Shown: positions 12,865 to 25,632, counted from the stretch's first letter. The stretch is DNA of 64,000 nt from Octopus sinensis (GCF_006345805.1 NC_042997.1:99820001-99884000), one strand, 5' to 3'. Numbers and translations are program-made. The notes: generated by a model not told the origin, from the letters alone.

Positions 12865-13523
12865 TGGTATCTATTTCCAGATTCTAAAAACTTCTTAACA
12901 ATTTATGAGAGGAAGAAGTAAGGACAAGCAGAAGATAATCTATTGATATACCAGTTAAGATATAAAAACTGAAGAATATAGTTTGGTACCATACACAAAT
13001 GCAGCAATCAAATATCTCTAAAGATGTATGTTTAATTATATGCACTAAATTAAATAGAATATGTATATATATAACTGTGGTAAAGAAACTTTTGACAAAT
13101 TCTGCAAAATTTAATAATTTTCTTCTTTTAAACTATCATTGGACAAGTTTCTTCTAATATAGCCCCAGGTCTGGGCTAACCAATGCCTTATGAGTTAATT
13201 TGGTAAATGAAAACTATGTGGAAGCCCTTCTTATATAAACTTCTGTGTGTGTGTGTGTGTGTCTATGTGTGTCTTTGTGTTTGTTCCCCATCACCACCTG
13301 ACAACTGGTGTTTGTTTGTTTATGTTCCTGTTACTTAGCAGTTCAGCAAAAGATATCAGTAAAATAAGTCTTAGACTTAAAAATAAGTACTGGGATTGAT
13401 TCATTTCATTAAACCCTTCAGTGTGGTGCCCCAATATGGTCGCAGTCCAATAACTGAAATAACTGAAGCAAGAAAAACATAAAGGATTAAGATTACATTA
13501 AACCAATTATTATTAACAAAGCT

Positions 13524-14006
13524 GGTTGTTGTTGTTGTTGTTGTTGTTGTTGTTAGTGGTGGTGGTGGTAGGGTGGGGGTGCAGGTCGTGAAGGTGATGT
13601 TGGTGGTGGACGTGGTAGAGACAACAGCAGTGATGGTGGCAACAGCGGCAGCAGTGGCAATGGTGATGGTAGTGGAAGCAGGTGGTAATGGTGGTTGTGG
13701 TGGAGCAGGTGATGGTAGTGTTGCAGGTGGTGGTGGTGTTGGCAGTGATGATGGCAGTGGTGGAGCTGCTGGTGGTGGTGATGCAGATGATGGTGGTGCA
13801 GATGGTGGTGGTGCAGGTGGTGGTGCAGATGGTGGTGAAGGTGGGAACGTTGCCGGTGGTAGAGCAAGTAGTGGTGATAGTGGTGGAGCAAGTGGTAGTG
13901 GTGGTGGAGCAGATGGTGGTGATGCAGGTGATGGTAGTACAAGTGGTGGTGCAGGTGGCAGCAGCAGTGGTGGAGCAGGTGGTGGTGATGGTGACAGTGG
14001 TAGCAA
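13524..14006. repeat. Cryptic GGT/GCA/GAT trinucleotide low-complexity region
   Basis: Mosaic of related triplets; open in several frames on both strands. Confidence 0.85.
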
Positions 14007-14082
14007 TGAACATACTTATGATCAAAGGTATTCTAACCATGACCATCACATAATGTTAGAGCTGTGTAGAAAACTACATTAC

Positions 14083-14130
14083 CTTAATAAATACAGAACA
14101 GCATAGTTTGAGAAACATTCTGCTTCATTT
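14083..14130 (-). CDS. Putative internal exon, 48 nt (K-NEAECFSNYAVLYLL)
   Basis: Acceptor gcacttgctag (modest), donor AAG|gtaatg; phase 2->2 frame open. Confidence 0.5.
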
Positions 14131-14409
14131 CTAGCAAGTGCAGTGACCATGTACAGGCTCTGTTATTGGCTTATGCGTATTTAAGAAGTTGTTGTTTTGT
14201 TTTATTTATTTATTTTATCCATCTGTATGGATTATTGATCTAAATTTTAAAAAGAAAAAAACATTCCTGCCATCAAAGCCCAGCACATCTGTTTTGTGGT
14301 TGTTTTGACTAGAAGAAGTAAATCTTTATATAATTAAATTTCACCATCAATTTATTTCAGACTTTACATTAAAGAAAAACAGATCAAGTCATGTCTTTTT
14401 TTTTTTCAA

Positions 14410-14643
14410 ATACCACCACCTCCACCACATCCACCACCACTTGCACCACTACTATCACCTCCACCACCACCTGCAACACCACTACCACCACCACCATCAC
14501 CTCCTAAACCACCTCCACCATCACCTAACCAGCTCCACCACCACCATCTCCATAGCCACCACCACTACTACTACTACCACCACCACCACCACCACCACCA
14601 CCACATCCATAGCCACCACCACCATCATCACCACAACTACTAG
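14410..14643. repeat. (CAC)n-rich simple repeat
   Basis: Seen directly. Confidence 0.9.
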
Positions 14644-15382
14644 CCTTATTCAGCTGTGTCCCTTTCTGTATATATGCCCTCTTGTCAGTAGAACTAAAAA
14701 TCACCAATGCTGCCCAGAGCCCCCATTCCAGTCTCATTAAAATTGACATGCTACATCAATCACTCCACCACTCACTCACTCACTCACTTCACTTCACTCC
14801 ACTCACTTCACTCCACTCACTTTGTTCACTCACTTCACTCCCTCACTCACTTTCCCTTCTCCAAATACTGAACTAAGAATCCTTAGCAGTACTAAGCACG
14901 CCCAATTTTTCCAATTGCAGCCTTATGCCAGTAAACACCGCCAACTAGTAAGGTTGCAGAGATATTCACTGATACAGGCAATGAAAATAATCTGACTCCT
15001 GTATTTAATTCTAGTTTGTATTTTTGTTTACATTCATTCATTTATTTATTTATTTATTTATTATAGTCTTTTTTTTTTGGGGGGGGGTCTACAAACTGAT
15101 GTGAGTTGGGGTGGAGTAAGGTAGGGGTTAGATTTATTTTTATTTTTCTGGGGGTTTTTTTTTTTTTTTTCCTTTCCTTAACACCACCAGCAGCATTGAT
15201 TTGTAACAAATTTCTATGCTGAGTCATATTAAATAAAATAAAAGTTGCAAAAAAAACAATAAACAGATATATAAATAAATAGACAAAAAGAAATGAATAA
15301 ATAAATAAAATAATTTTTCTTCTTTTTTTTTTTTCACATTTCCACAATGAAAATTACTGACTAAGCGTGAAAAATATTTTAC

Positions 15383-15472
15383 TTTTTAACAAAGTTAAGC
15401 AACATTAAACTCAGTTGGTCCTTATTTGAATGCATCGCTAAAGAATTTTTCAAAATACCGATTAAACAGGAA
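15383..15472 (-). CDS. Putative internal exon, 90 nt (SCLIGILKNSLAMHSNKDQLSLMLLNFVK)
   Basis: Strong acceptor ttttcttttcttttaag, donor AA|gtaaaa; phase 2->2 frame open. Confidence 0.55.
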
Positions 15473-16087
15473 CTTAAAAGAAAAGAAAAAAAAATTAAGA
15501 TTAAATTGATTTCTGCAAGCCCTTGAACCTGTGTCAGTATAAGAATGAGTAAGAATTTCTAGATATTTATTTTTTCTGTCAACCTCTTTTAACCGAACTT
15601 GCTTAGCTGTGGGGACATAAACAAACCAACATTAGTTGTTAAGCAGCAGTAGGAAACAAAAACAAACAAATGTACACACATATCTAAGTATATATATATG
15701 TGTGTGTAAAAGGGAAAAGGCCTGCTTCGGTCATGAATGACCATGGGATTGCAGCTAGAAAGTTCCCCTCTGAAGCACAAGTCTAGGCAAAGTTGTTTAT
15801 GGAAGACCAGTAGTCACTCATGGATACCAACCTCTCCTCTCCATGCCACCAGTGTTATCCAGGGAAAAGGCAAAGGCCAATGTAGCTCGGCACCAGTGAT
15901 GTTGTAACTTATTTCTACAGCTGAGGGTAATGGAGCAATGTGAAATAAAGTGTCTTACTCAAGAATGCAACACACAGCCTAGTCTGGGAATCAAATTCAT
16001 TACCTCATGATTGTGAGTCCAACACTCTAACCACTGAGCCATGTGCCTCTACCTGTGTGTGTGTGTATTTATATATATATGTATGTA

Positions 16088-16122
<35 letters not shown>

Positions 16123-16125
<3 letters not shown>

Positions 16126-16340
16126 TAATCCAAACATGAAAACACAAAGAGAAAACACAACAATGTGAGGACGTGGAACAAGTATAGTGTTATTGGATGC
16201 TCAGGAAAAGAAAGAAAGAAGGAGGATTTAACGTTTCGAGTGGAGCTCTTTGTCAGAAACATAGGAAAAGGAAAGATCCAAGGAAGGGAAGACAGAGGAA
16301 AAAAATCGCCAATGATACACACACCGTCACATTTTGAAAT
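16123..16340 (-). mobile_element. PLE-like fragment with a decayed minimal hammerhead (16226-16260)
   Basis: GUUU-CUGACAA-A-GAGC-UCC-ACUC-GAAACGUU-AAAU; same family as 28325-28532. Confidence 0.65.
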
Positions 16341-16354
16341 GTATATATATATCA

Positions 16355-16800
16355 TCATTCATTCATCATTCAGCGTCCGCTTTCCATGCTAGCATGGGTT
16401 GGACGGTTCAACTGGGGTCTGTGAAGCCAGAAGGCTGCATCAGGCCCAGTCTGATCTGGCAGTGTTTCTATGGCTGGATGCCCTTCCTAACGCCAACCAC
16501 TCCATGAGTGTAGTAGGTGCTTTTTACGTACCACCCGCACAGGTGCCAGACGGAGCTGGCAAATGGCCACGAACGGATAGTGCTTTTACGTGCCACCGGC
16601 ACGAGGCCAGGCGAGGCTGACAACAGACACGAATGGATGGTGCTTTTACGTGCCACCGGCATGGAGGCCAGTTGGTGCGGCGCTGGCAACGGCTACGATC
16701 GGATGGTTCGCTCAACCACAGCTGCAATTTCCATTGAAATCAATCGACTTCGACTTTGGTTCTGCCCTCCGATATCTGATTTGATTTGGTTTGATTCCAA
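16355..16800 (-). mobile_element. RTE-tail SINE-like element
   Basis: Reverse-complement relative of 6433-6818 with three internal units. Confidence 0.8.
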
Positions 16801-17460
16801 CTTTGATATATATGATATATATATATATATATATATAAATTAATAATAAGGAGAACAGAGATTTATATATCCAGTTTTATTCTGCAGTCAATCACGTCTT
16901 TCCATTTCTGCACTTACATGTTTCTGTTGCAATTTTGTGCACACTGCAAAATTTTGCATCTTAATGTGCATTTTGGTGTTAACTGCCATTTCTTCAGGGT
17001 GCTATTATACATACACACACACAACAGGCCTCTACAGTTTCTGTCAACCAAATTTGCTTGCAAGTCATTAGTCACCCCAAGGATGTAGAAGAAAACACTT
17101 GCCCAACATCCACACAGTGGGGCTGAACCTGAGACCACAAGGTTAAGAAGCGAGTGTCTACACAGCCATGTCTACCAAAGAAAAAACTCAGACGCTTGAA
17201 TTCTATTATAGCCCTTGTTATGTTTATACGTTTATCAAAACGGTATACTTTGTGCTTTATATCTTAAATTATTCAAAAACAACTTTATAGTGCATTATTA
17301 ATTAATAAATTAATTAATTATGCATATTGTCAGCACATGCATTGTTATGCCAGCTGAATGCATCACTTCAGTTGAGTCAAAGATTGTACACACTATAAAC
17401 AGCTGTAAGCTATTCCTTTCTTTATATACATCATCATTTACTATCCACTTTTCTATACTA

Positions 17461-17701
17461 CAGTTGTGGCCAAAAGTTTAGAACATTTTTTAAAAATTTT
17501 AAATTGTTATGCCCATACAATTCAGTTCAAATATATATAATGTATATATTTGGGCTTTTAATATAAAAATTCTAATTTTCAGACCTACAATCCAAACTTT
17601 TGGCCAAGTAATTAATATATTGTAAATTAAATATAAATGTGGGCATTTAATATAACAATTCTAATTTTCAGACCCATGTTGCAAACTTTTAGTCATAACT
17701 G
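17461..17701. mobile_element. Tc1-like MITE
   Basis: TA-CAGTTGTGGCCAAAAGTTT ... AAACTTTTAGTCATAACTG-TA; partly duplicated right end. Confidence 0.75.
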
Positions 17702-17986
17702 TAGCATAGGTCAGACAGAATTTTTTGAGAGAAATTTTCTACAGTTGGATGCCTTTTCGGTCACCAACACTCATATGTTTCCAAGTTAGGTAGTATTTCC
17801 CCATGTTTTCATGGAAGATTGGAAACAGAATAGAACACTTGCATGATGTTAACATTCATTTACAATTACTACATGATGTCAAAGCAAGGAGACAATAAGT
17901 AATATGCACACACACACACACACTTTTATTTTTCTACACTTTTATTTGTTTCAGTGAATTTACTGCGGCCATGCTGGAACACCACC

Positions 17987-18216
17987 TTAACCCTTTTGAT
18001 ACCAACCTGCCTGAAACTGCCTCTGGCTCTGTAGTACAAATGTCTTGTTTTCAAAAGTTCTGAATTAAAATTTTCCACCAAACCTTTGTCACAATTTATG
18101 TTCCTAACATTAGCTTCATGATAACTAAGTTATTTTACTAAATTCTTCGTTATATTTAACATCAATTGGAAGAAAGACTGAGCATCTCAACAGAAATATG
18201 GTAACAAAAGAGTTAA
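17987..18216. mobile_element. piggyBac-like MITE
   Basis: TTAACCCTTTTG...CAAAAGAGTTAA ends. Confidence 0.65.
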
Positions 18217-18519
18217 AGGGTTTTAGTCAAAACAATCAACCCCAGGATATATTCTTTGTAAGCCTAGCACTTATTCTTTCGGTCTCTTTTACTGAGCTGT
18301 TAAGTTATGGGGGGATGTAAACACCAACAACATTATTAATTACCTCTCCATTTTCTCCTTATTCTTTAAATATAGAAATATATGAACCACGGTTTATATG
18401 GTTACCTTATATTTGAACTTTCTATGGATTGGTAACTAACCAATATTTTCATTGGTTTTATTATTCCTTAATGATGTTTATAACCTTTACTTGAATATAT
18501 ATATGTATGTGTGTATGTA

Positions 18520-18564
<45 letters not shown>

Positions 18565-18566
<2 letters not shown>

Positions 18567-18862
18567 CATCATCCTCATCCTTGTTTAGCGTCCGCTTTCC
18601 ATGCTGGCATGGGTTGGACGGTTCAACTGGTGTCTGGGAAGCCAGAAGGCTGTACCAGGCCCAGTCTGATCTGGCAATGTTTCTACGGCTGGATGCCCTT
18701 CCTAATGCCAACCACTCCGTGAGTGTAGTGGGTGCTTTTTACATGCCACTGGCACAGGTGCCAGACAAGGCTGGCAAACAACTATGATCGGATGGTGCTT
18801 TTTACGTGCCACCAGCACAGAGGCCAGGCCAGGCTGGCAATGGCCACGATCGGATGGTGCTT
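18565..18862 (-). mobile_element. RTE-tail SINE-like element
   Basis: Same family as 6433 and 16355. Confidence 0.8.
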
Positions 18863-18896
<34 letters not shown>

Positions 18897-19348
18897 GTAT
18901 GCATGTATGTATATATGATGGGCTTCTTTTAGTTTCTGCCCACCAAATCCACTCATGAGGCTTTAGTTGGCCTGAGTCTATAGTAGAAGACATTTGCCCA
19001 AGGTGCCAAGCAGCATGATTGAACCCAGAACCATGTGGTTGAGAAGCATGCTTTTCACCACACAGCCACACCTGTGCATTCGCACATGTATGTGTGTATG
19101 TATATGTATGGTGCAAAACTATGAAAAAAAAAAAATACATGAAGGTGAGGAAAAGAAAACAGTGTATTAGTTTGAAGACTAACATTTCAGGCATATGCTC
19201 TTCTAGAGGAAGGATAGATGAGGAGAAAAAAAAACAAAGAGAAAAGGACATATGTGTCTCAGGTAGATGGTTAGGACATACTGAAATGATCAGAAGAGGA
19301 AGATGTTGGCTTAAGGTGTGGGTGGCAAGGAGGACAACAGTGACCTAA

Positions 19349-19382
<34 letters not shown>

Positions 19383-19833
19383 ATGGGCTTCATTCAGTTT
19401 CTACCTACCAAATCCACTCACAAGGCTTTGGTCAGCTGAGGACTAAAGTAGAAGACCATGCACTGTGAGGAACCCAAGACCATATGTTTGAGAAGCAAGC
19501 TTCTTAGCCACAGCCCATGCTTGCACCCTTGTATCAATAATAATAAACCACAATTCTCTCTGTCAGCACAGAAGATGAGTATTCTTGCTCTGATGAAGCC
19601 TGTAAAAAGACTAGAAGCTTCTCAGATCGATCCCACTTTTTCTGCTGCTTACATCATCATCATTTAACATTCGTCTTCCATGCTGGCATGGGTTGGACAC
19701 ACACACACACACACACACATGTGATGTGTATGTGTGTGTGTGTGTGTAAGAATAAGCTATTCATTATTTCTTGTAAACATCACTTGAGTGTCATGAACAT
19801 CCCAGCTTTCCATTTTCACTTTCTATAAACATC

Positions 19834-20110
19834 TTGGAGATGTCTGAACTACTCATGCACTTGAGTGCAGCTCATACACTCCTCTCCATACACTTTCTGC
19901 AACATTACATTCTGGGCAGGTATATCCATGACAACTTTCTCTGTCATGGTCAATGTGATGATCACACGCTACACACCTTCCTTCCAAGCACTGCTGTAAA
20001 CAGCAGAAGTGAACTAGAACATTAAAACTTAGTGCGTATGCACAGCAGAGTTCAAAGTCAATCTGTGCCAAGCAGCTTCACTCTGCATGCTTTAGCTTTG
20101 TTACTATGGC
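19834..20110 (-). mobile_element. Decayed mariner N-terminal fragment
   Basis: Encodes MLQKVYGEECMSCTQVHE*FRHLQD, resembling the mariner HTH region. Confidence 0.6.
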
Positions 20111-21062
20111 AACAGTCCGGATACTTATTGATCAGACCTCATATATGTATGAGATGTGTGTGTGTATATATATATGTGTGTGTGCGTGTGTGTGTGTGTG
20201 TGAGAGAGAGTTTGTGTATGTGTGTGTGTGTGTGTGTGTGTGTAAGAATAAGCTATATATTATTACTTGTAAACATCACTTGAGTAGCATGAACATCCCA
20301 GCTTTCCATTTTCACTTTCTATAAACATCTGACTTTACGTTTCATGCTCCATTGTCAAAAAACCCTAAACTATTATTAGTTAGCATTTCATGGTAGTAGT
20401 GACAGTGGTGTCATCTAACTCCACCAACATATTCAATACACTTCTTCTTCTTCCTTTTTTTTTTTGTTTTTTCATCTTTATTCCACGTTTGGTTTTGTTT
20501 AGTTTGTAACAGCCGAAATGCTGTCTTACATGATTCCAGAGATCAAGAAGGAAATCTACTACCAGCTTCTCACACACACTTAAATGTTTATGGTGTCCTA
20601 CATGTGTTCTAATATGTTCTATGCTGTGTTTTAAATCCCATTTTCTGATAATAAGCTTTGTAAAGTAATGTTAACAGGCCAATTAAAATTAAAGTCAGCC
20701 TCCATCGTGACAGGAGTGAGTGGAATTTTGTTGACTTTATAACAAGCACTTATTATATATACACTGATACATCGAAATGTTTTCACTTCTCTTCTAATTT
20801 GCTTTTCTTTATAGTTGTTTGTTACTGAGGATTTGTTGTTGTTGTTGTTGTTTATATCACTTTACTTGAGAGAAAAAGAAGACTTTCCTTTTTGTTAAGT
20901 TGAAGATAGAATCCTCTTCTGAAAGACATTACTTACTAAGTTCCCTTTTAATTTTTCTTTTTTTTCTTCTTTATTTTCTTTTCTTTGTTTTTGTTTTTTG
21001 TTTTTGTTTTTTATTTATTTCTGGCATGTTACTATCATAACCTTTATCATTATCAACATTGT

Positions 21063-21093
<31 letters not shown>

Positions 21094-21589
21094 CCCTTAC
21101 TATCATCCCTCCTAATCATAACCACCACCATCACTGTCATCACCACCACCATCAACACCATTATCACCATTTGATGAAGAGCGGAGGCTTTTTAATGGAT
21201 TTATTTTATTCTGTTGACATTCCACTTCAGCCGGTTTACAACTAAAGACTATAGTGTTAAGACTATGGAGGCAGTGAAAGCAACTGGAGAAGTGAAAAAG
21301 CAGACATAACAGAAAGCAATTCTTATTTATATAAAACATTAGAACTATTTACCTTAAAAATAAATCTTTACAGTGTATTTGTTTATTGAATTTTCTGCAG
21401 CTTAACTCCTTTAAGTAATCCTAATATTGGGGAATGGATTGACAGAAATATGACTAGAATTGCACTCACATACTGATGTATTTTATTACTAATAATCCTT
21501 TCTACTATAGGCACAAGGCCTGAAATCGGCAGGAGGGGGGCCTAGTCAATTACATTGACCCCAGTGTTTTGCTGGTACTTAATTTATCA

Positions 21590-21822
21590 TAAGGCGGCAA
21601 GCTGGCAGAATCGTTAGCACACTGGGCGAAATGTTTAGCGGTATTTCGTCTGCCGTTACGATCTGAGTTCAAATTCGGCTGAGGTCGACTTTGCCTTTCA
21701 TCCTTTCGGGGTCGATTAAATAAGTACCAGTTACGCACTGGGGTCGATATAATCGACTTAATCCGTTTGTCAATCCTTGTTTGTCCCCTCTGTGTGTAGT
21801 CCTTGTGGGCAGTAAAGAAATA
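21590..21822 (+). mobile_element. CpG-rich SINE nested in an older antisense copy of the same family
   Basis: 16-bp TSD GGTACTTAATTTATCA at 21574-21589 and 21823-21838. Confidence 0.85.
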
Positions 21823-22194
21823 GGTACTTAATTTATCAAGCCCAAAAGAATAAAAGGCAAAGTCAACCTCGGCAGAATCTGAACTCAGAACATAAAAACA
21901 TGCAATACTACTAAGCATTTCGTCCGGCATGCTAACAATTCTGCCAGCTCACCACCTTACTAATAATAATAATAATAATCCTTTCTACTATAGGCACAAG
22001 GCCTGAAATTTTGGAGGTGGGAGATAATCGATTACACTGACCCCAGTGCTCAACTGGTATTTGGTTTATTGACACCAAAAAGATGAAAGGCAAAGTTGAC
22101 CTCAGCAGAATTTGGACTCAGTATGTAAAGAAGGATGAACTGTTGCTAAGCATTTTGTTTGGCATGCTAATGATTCTGCCAGCACACTACCTTA

Positions 22195-22247
<53 letters not shown>

Positions 22248-22466
22248 AATAATAATAACAATAATAATAATAACAATAATAATAATAATAATCAACATCA
22301 TCATCATCATCGTCATCATCACAACAACAAAAAGAAAAATAATTTCTGATTTAGGTACATGGTGTAAAATTTAGCAGGGGAGGAAATAAGTCAGTCAATG
22401 TACAAAGAAGTAAATGGAGTGGTCCAGAGGATTGAGTGGAATGAGTGAACAGGAAGTTATATATAT

Positions 22467-22510
<44 letters not shown>

Positions 22511-22516
22511 CAGAGA

Positions 22517-23080
22517 GAGAGAGAGAGAAGTTAAGCATTAGAGGAATTAGATGCAACGTGCAAGAGAGAAGACTGTGCTGGTTTGGTCATTTGATATGGA
22601 TGGATGTAGACAGCTCCATAAAGACATGCCGTTCACTCAAAGTGAATGGAACTCGTGGAAGAGGGAATCCCAGGAAGACATAGGATGAAGTATTGAAGGA
22701 TGACCTCAAAACACTGAGCCTTTGAGACAATATGACAAAGGACCAAGATACCTGGTGCCTTGCTGTACTCAAGAAGACCCATCCTCTACAGCAGAGGGGT
22801 TAATGCTGCATTCCCTGGTGAAGAGGATTAGGCTGCAAGAGTCCTGTGTTGGTGCCATATAAGAAGTATTTGTGCTGGTGCCATCTAGAAGCAATCATGT
22901 CAGTGGCATGTTAGAAGTACACACGGTAAAGTGGTTGGCATTAGGAAGGATATCCAATTGTAGAAACCAAGCCAAATCAGACTGGAACCTGGTGCCACTT
23001 CCCAGCCTCCCAGCTTGCCAGCTCTGGTCAAATTGTCCAACCCATGTCATGAAAAATGGACGTTAAAGAATGATGATGAC
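22517..23080 (+). mobile_element. RTE-clade LINE 3' fragment
   Basis: ERRLCWFGHLIWMD..GTRGRGNPRKT motif followed by an RTE-type 3' tail. Confidence 0.8.
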
Positions 23081-23639
23081 GTGCACACACGCACGTGTGT
23101 GTGTGTGTCCAAAAATGTTACTTCATTTATTCATTCTAAAAAGGATGAAACATGAAGTTGACCTGGACAGGACTTGAACTAAGAATGCAGAGAGCCAGAT
23201 CACTTAATACAAGATATTCTCTCGTTTATTCTACTGACTCTACCAGTTCACTGCTTTTAGAGATTTAACACACAAAAAAAATGTGAATAGTGAGCACATG
23301 TTGATAATTTATTTGCTAATCCCCATTAAAGTATGTTAGCAACTAGTGTGTGTGTGTGTGTGTGTGTGTTTTAGAGAGAGAATACAGGCAATCTATAAAC
23401 TGAGGAAGATTCCAGTTGCACTGGGACTCTGTTGTTATTAATGGCTCTGACTGCATAAGAATCTCATGGAAAACTTTTATTGCTATTTGACCATCAGCGT
23501 CACCATCACCACCACAAACATCGTCCTTTTATCTTCTAACTTCTCCCTGTCTTTCTTCTTCATCATCATCATCATCATTTTCATGGTTGTACACCAGTCA
23601 TAATTGCATCAAGATTAATAGTAGTAATCACAATTATAA

Positions 23640-23688
<49 letters not shown>

Positions 23689-24354
23689 GGTGCTGGTGCT
23701 GGTGCTGGTGATGGTGCTGGTAGAGAGGTTAGTTGTGGGGTGGAGGGTAGTGATGGCGAAGATGGTGGTACTATAAGAAGTAGCAAGAATATTTCATGAT
23801 TGGGTAAGCACAGCTTAGATATATCGATTCTACCAGTATTTTTGAGTAATGATATGAAAACTAATTGAAACAACTTCTCTGAAGCATGTCTTTCCAATTA
23901 TTTTGAATGTCTTATGTAGCAATGGTGCTAAGATGCACTGCTAAGAGTTCTCAATCATTGATTATATTTTATTACTATTATTATTATTATTATTTTTTGT
24001 TAAGGCAAATCATTTCTTTACAAACAATTCCAAAATTATCTTGAATATCCTTCATTTTGGTGGTGTCATAATATTATTTCTCATGAAAATAGAAATGGGA
24101 TGGAATTGTAGCTTGCCGAGTTGAATGTGTGTCAATCTGCCAATAGCATGGCTCATGTCTTGTTACTGACAGTGTTCTAACCATGGACACTAAACTAAAT
24201 TCCTCTGTTTGCCTACACGAAGCCTACATGAGCTTCAAGTAGTTACAGCTCAGTCCTATAAGAAGCAAGAAAAATCTAACATGTTTCTTTTACTTAAACC
24301 GGTCAAATTCAAGTATTTCTTTACACCTGTACAGAGCATTAGGGAATCATTCCG

Positions 24355-24682
24355 GTACATTATTTACTTTTGACGGATATTTGTCCTCATCTTGTTTGTT
24401 GCTAACACAATGTTTCAGCTGATAAACCCTCTAGCCTTCATCAGGTGTCTTGGCGGAAATTTTGAACCTGGGTTCTCATTCCTGAGGTATTTTTCGATGT
24501 TGTTGTTGTTGTTGTTGTTATTATTATCATTATTCAGGTCACTGCCTGGAATTGAACTCGGAATCTTGGAGTTAGTAGCCTGCGTTTTTAACTACTACGC
24601 TATATACCTACGGGCATATGGTGTAGTGGTTAAGAGCACGGGTCACTAACCCCAAGATTCCGAGTTCAAATCCAGGCAGTGA

Positions 24683-24741
<59 letters not shown>

Positions 24742-24884
24742 TCGAAAAATACCTTAGGAATGAGAACCCAGGTTGGAAATTTCCCCCAAGACACCTGATG
24801 AAGGCTGGCGGGTTTATCAGCTGAAATGTTGTGTTAACAACAAACAAGATGAGGACAAATATCCGTCAAATGTAAATAATGTAC
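24355..24884. mobile_element. Head-to-head palindrome of two tRNA-headed elements with PLE-type hammerhead tails
   Basis: Arms 24355-24608 and 24612-24884; A box 24619-24629, B box 24662-24673; hammerhead-like motifs at 24790-24835 (+) and 24404-24449 (-). Confidence 0.85.
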
Positions 24885-25384
24885 ATAATTCCTCATCTCT
24901 TAAATATAGAACTGAATCCTTCTGGTGTTTACAATCAATTCAAAACTCTTCAATTTCCTTAGCTTCATCATTTGGTTTAATCTGACTCTGATTATGAACA
25001 ATATATGATAATTTGTTAGTTGATTAGTTGGTTGATTGGTTGGTTGGTGTGTCTAGATCTATCTCATTTTAAATTCAGTATGCACAAGAACACACCACCA
25101 TAAGGATATTGTATTTATTTCATTCAGATTTCACAATAATGACACAAGAATGATAGTTCTGATGTTTAAGAGCTGGGGTTCAATTGCACCATGTAGCATC
25201 TTAGGCAGGTGAATTCTACTATGTCCTTGGGCTGACCAAAGCCATGTAAGTGGACTTGGTAGACAGAAACTGAAAGAAGCCTGTCGTGTGTTTGTGTGTG
25301 TGTGTGTGTGTGTGTATGTGTGTACATACATACACACGACAGTGTATGTGTGTGTGCTTTTAGTAGAAAGCAGCAGCAGCAAGT

Positions 25385-25632
25385 GGAGGTGCAATGGCCC
25401 AGTGGTTAGGGCAGGAGACTCACAGTTGGAGGATCGCGGTTTCGATTCCAAGACTGGGCGTTGTGTGTGTTTATTGAGCGAAAACACCTAAAGCTCCACG
25501 AGGCTCCAGCAGAGGGCGGTGGCGACCCCTGTTGTACACTTTTGCCCCAACATTCTCTCACTCTTTCTTCCTGTTTTTTGTCCCTGACTTCCTACGCAAC
25601 CGCTGAGCCTGGATGCGCATTCATCCATCTGT
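25385..25632 (+). mobile_element. tRNA-derived SINE
   Basis: Head gcaatggcccagtggttagg...ggtttcgattcc; same family as 40645-41028. Confidence 0.8.

Noticed and set aside
20530-20597. Minus-strand segment HLSVCEKLVVDFLLDLWNH with a gtaaga donor
   Set aside because: No pyrimidine tract at the acceptor, and it would force an early stop in the next exon; remains a low-probability alternative.
24612-24685. tRNA gene
   Set aside because: Has A and B boxes but no convincing cloverleaf, and is joined to a repeat tail; it is a SINE head.
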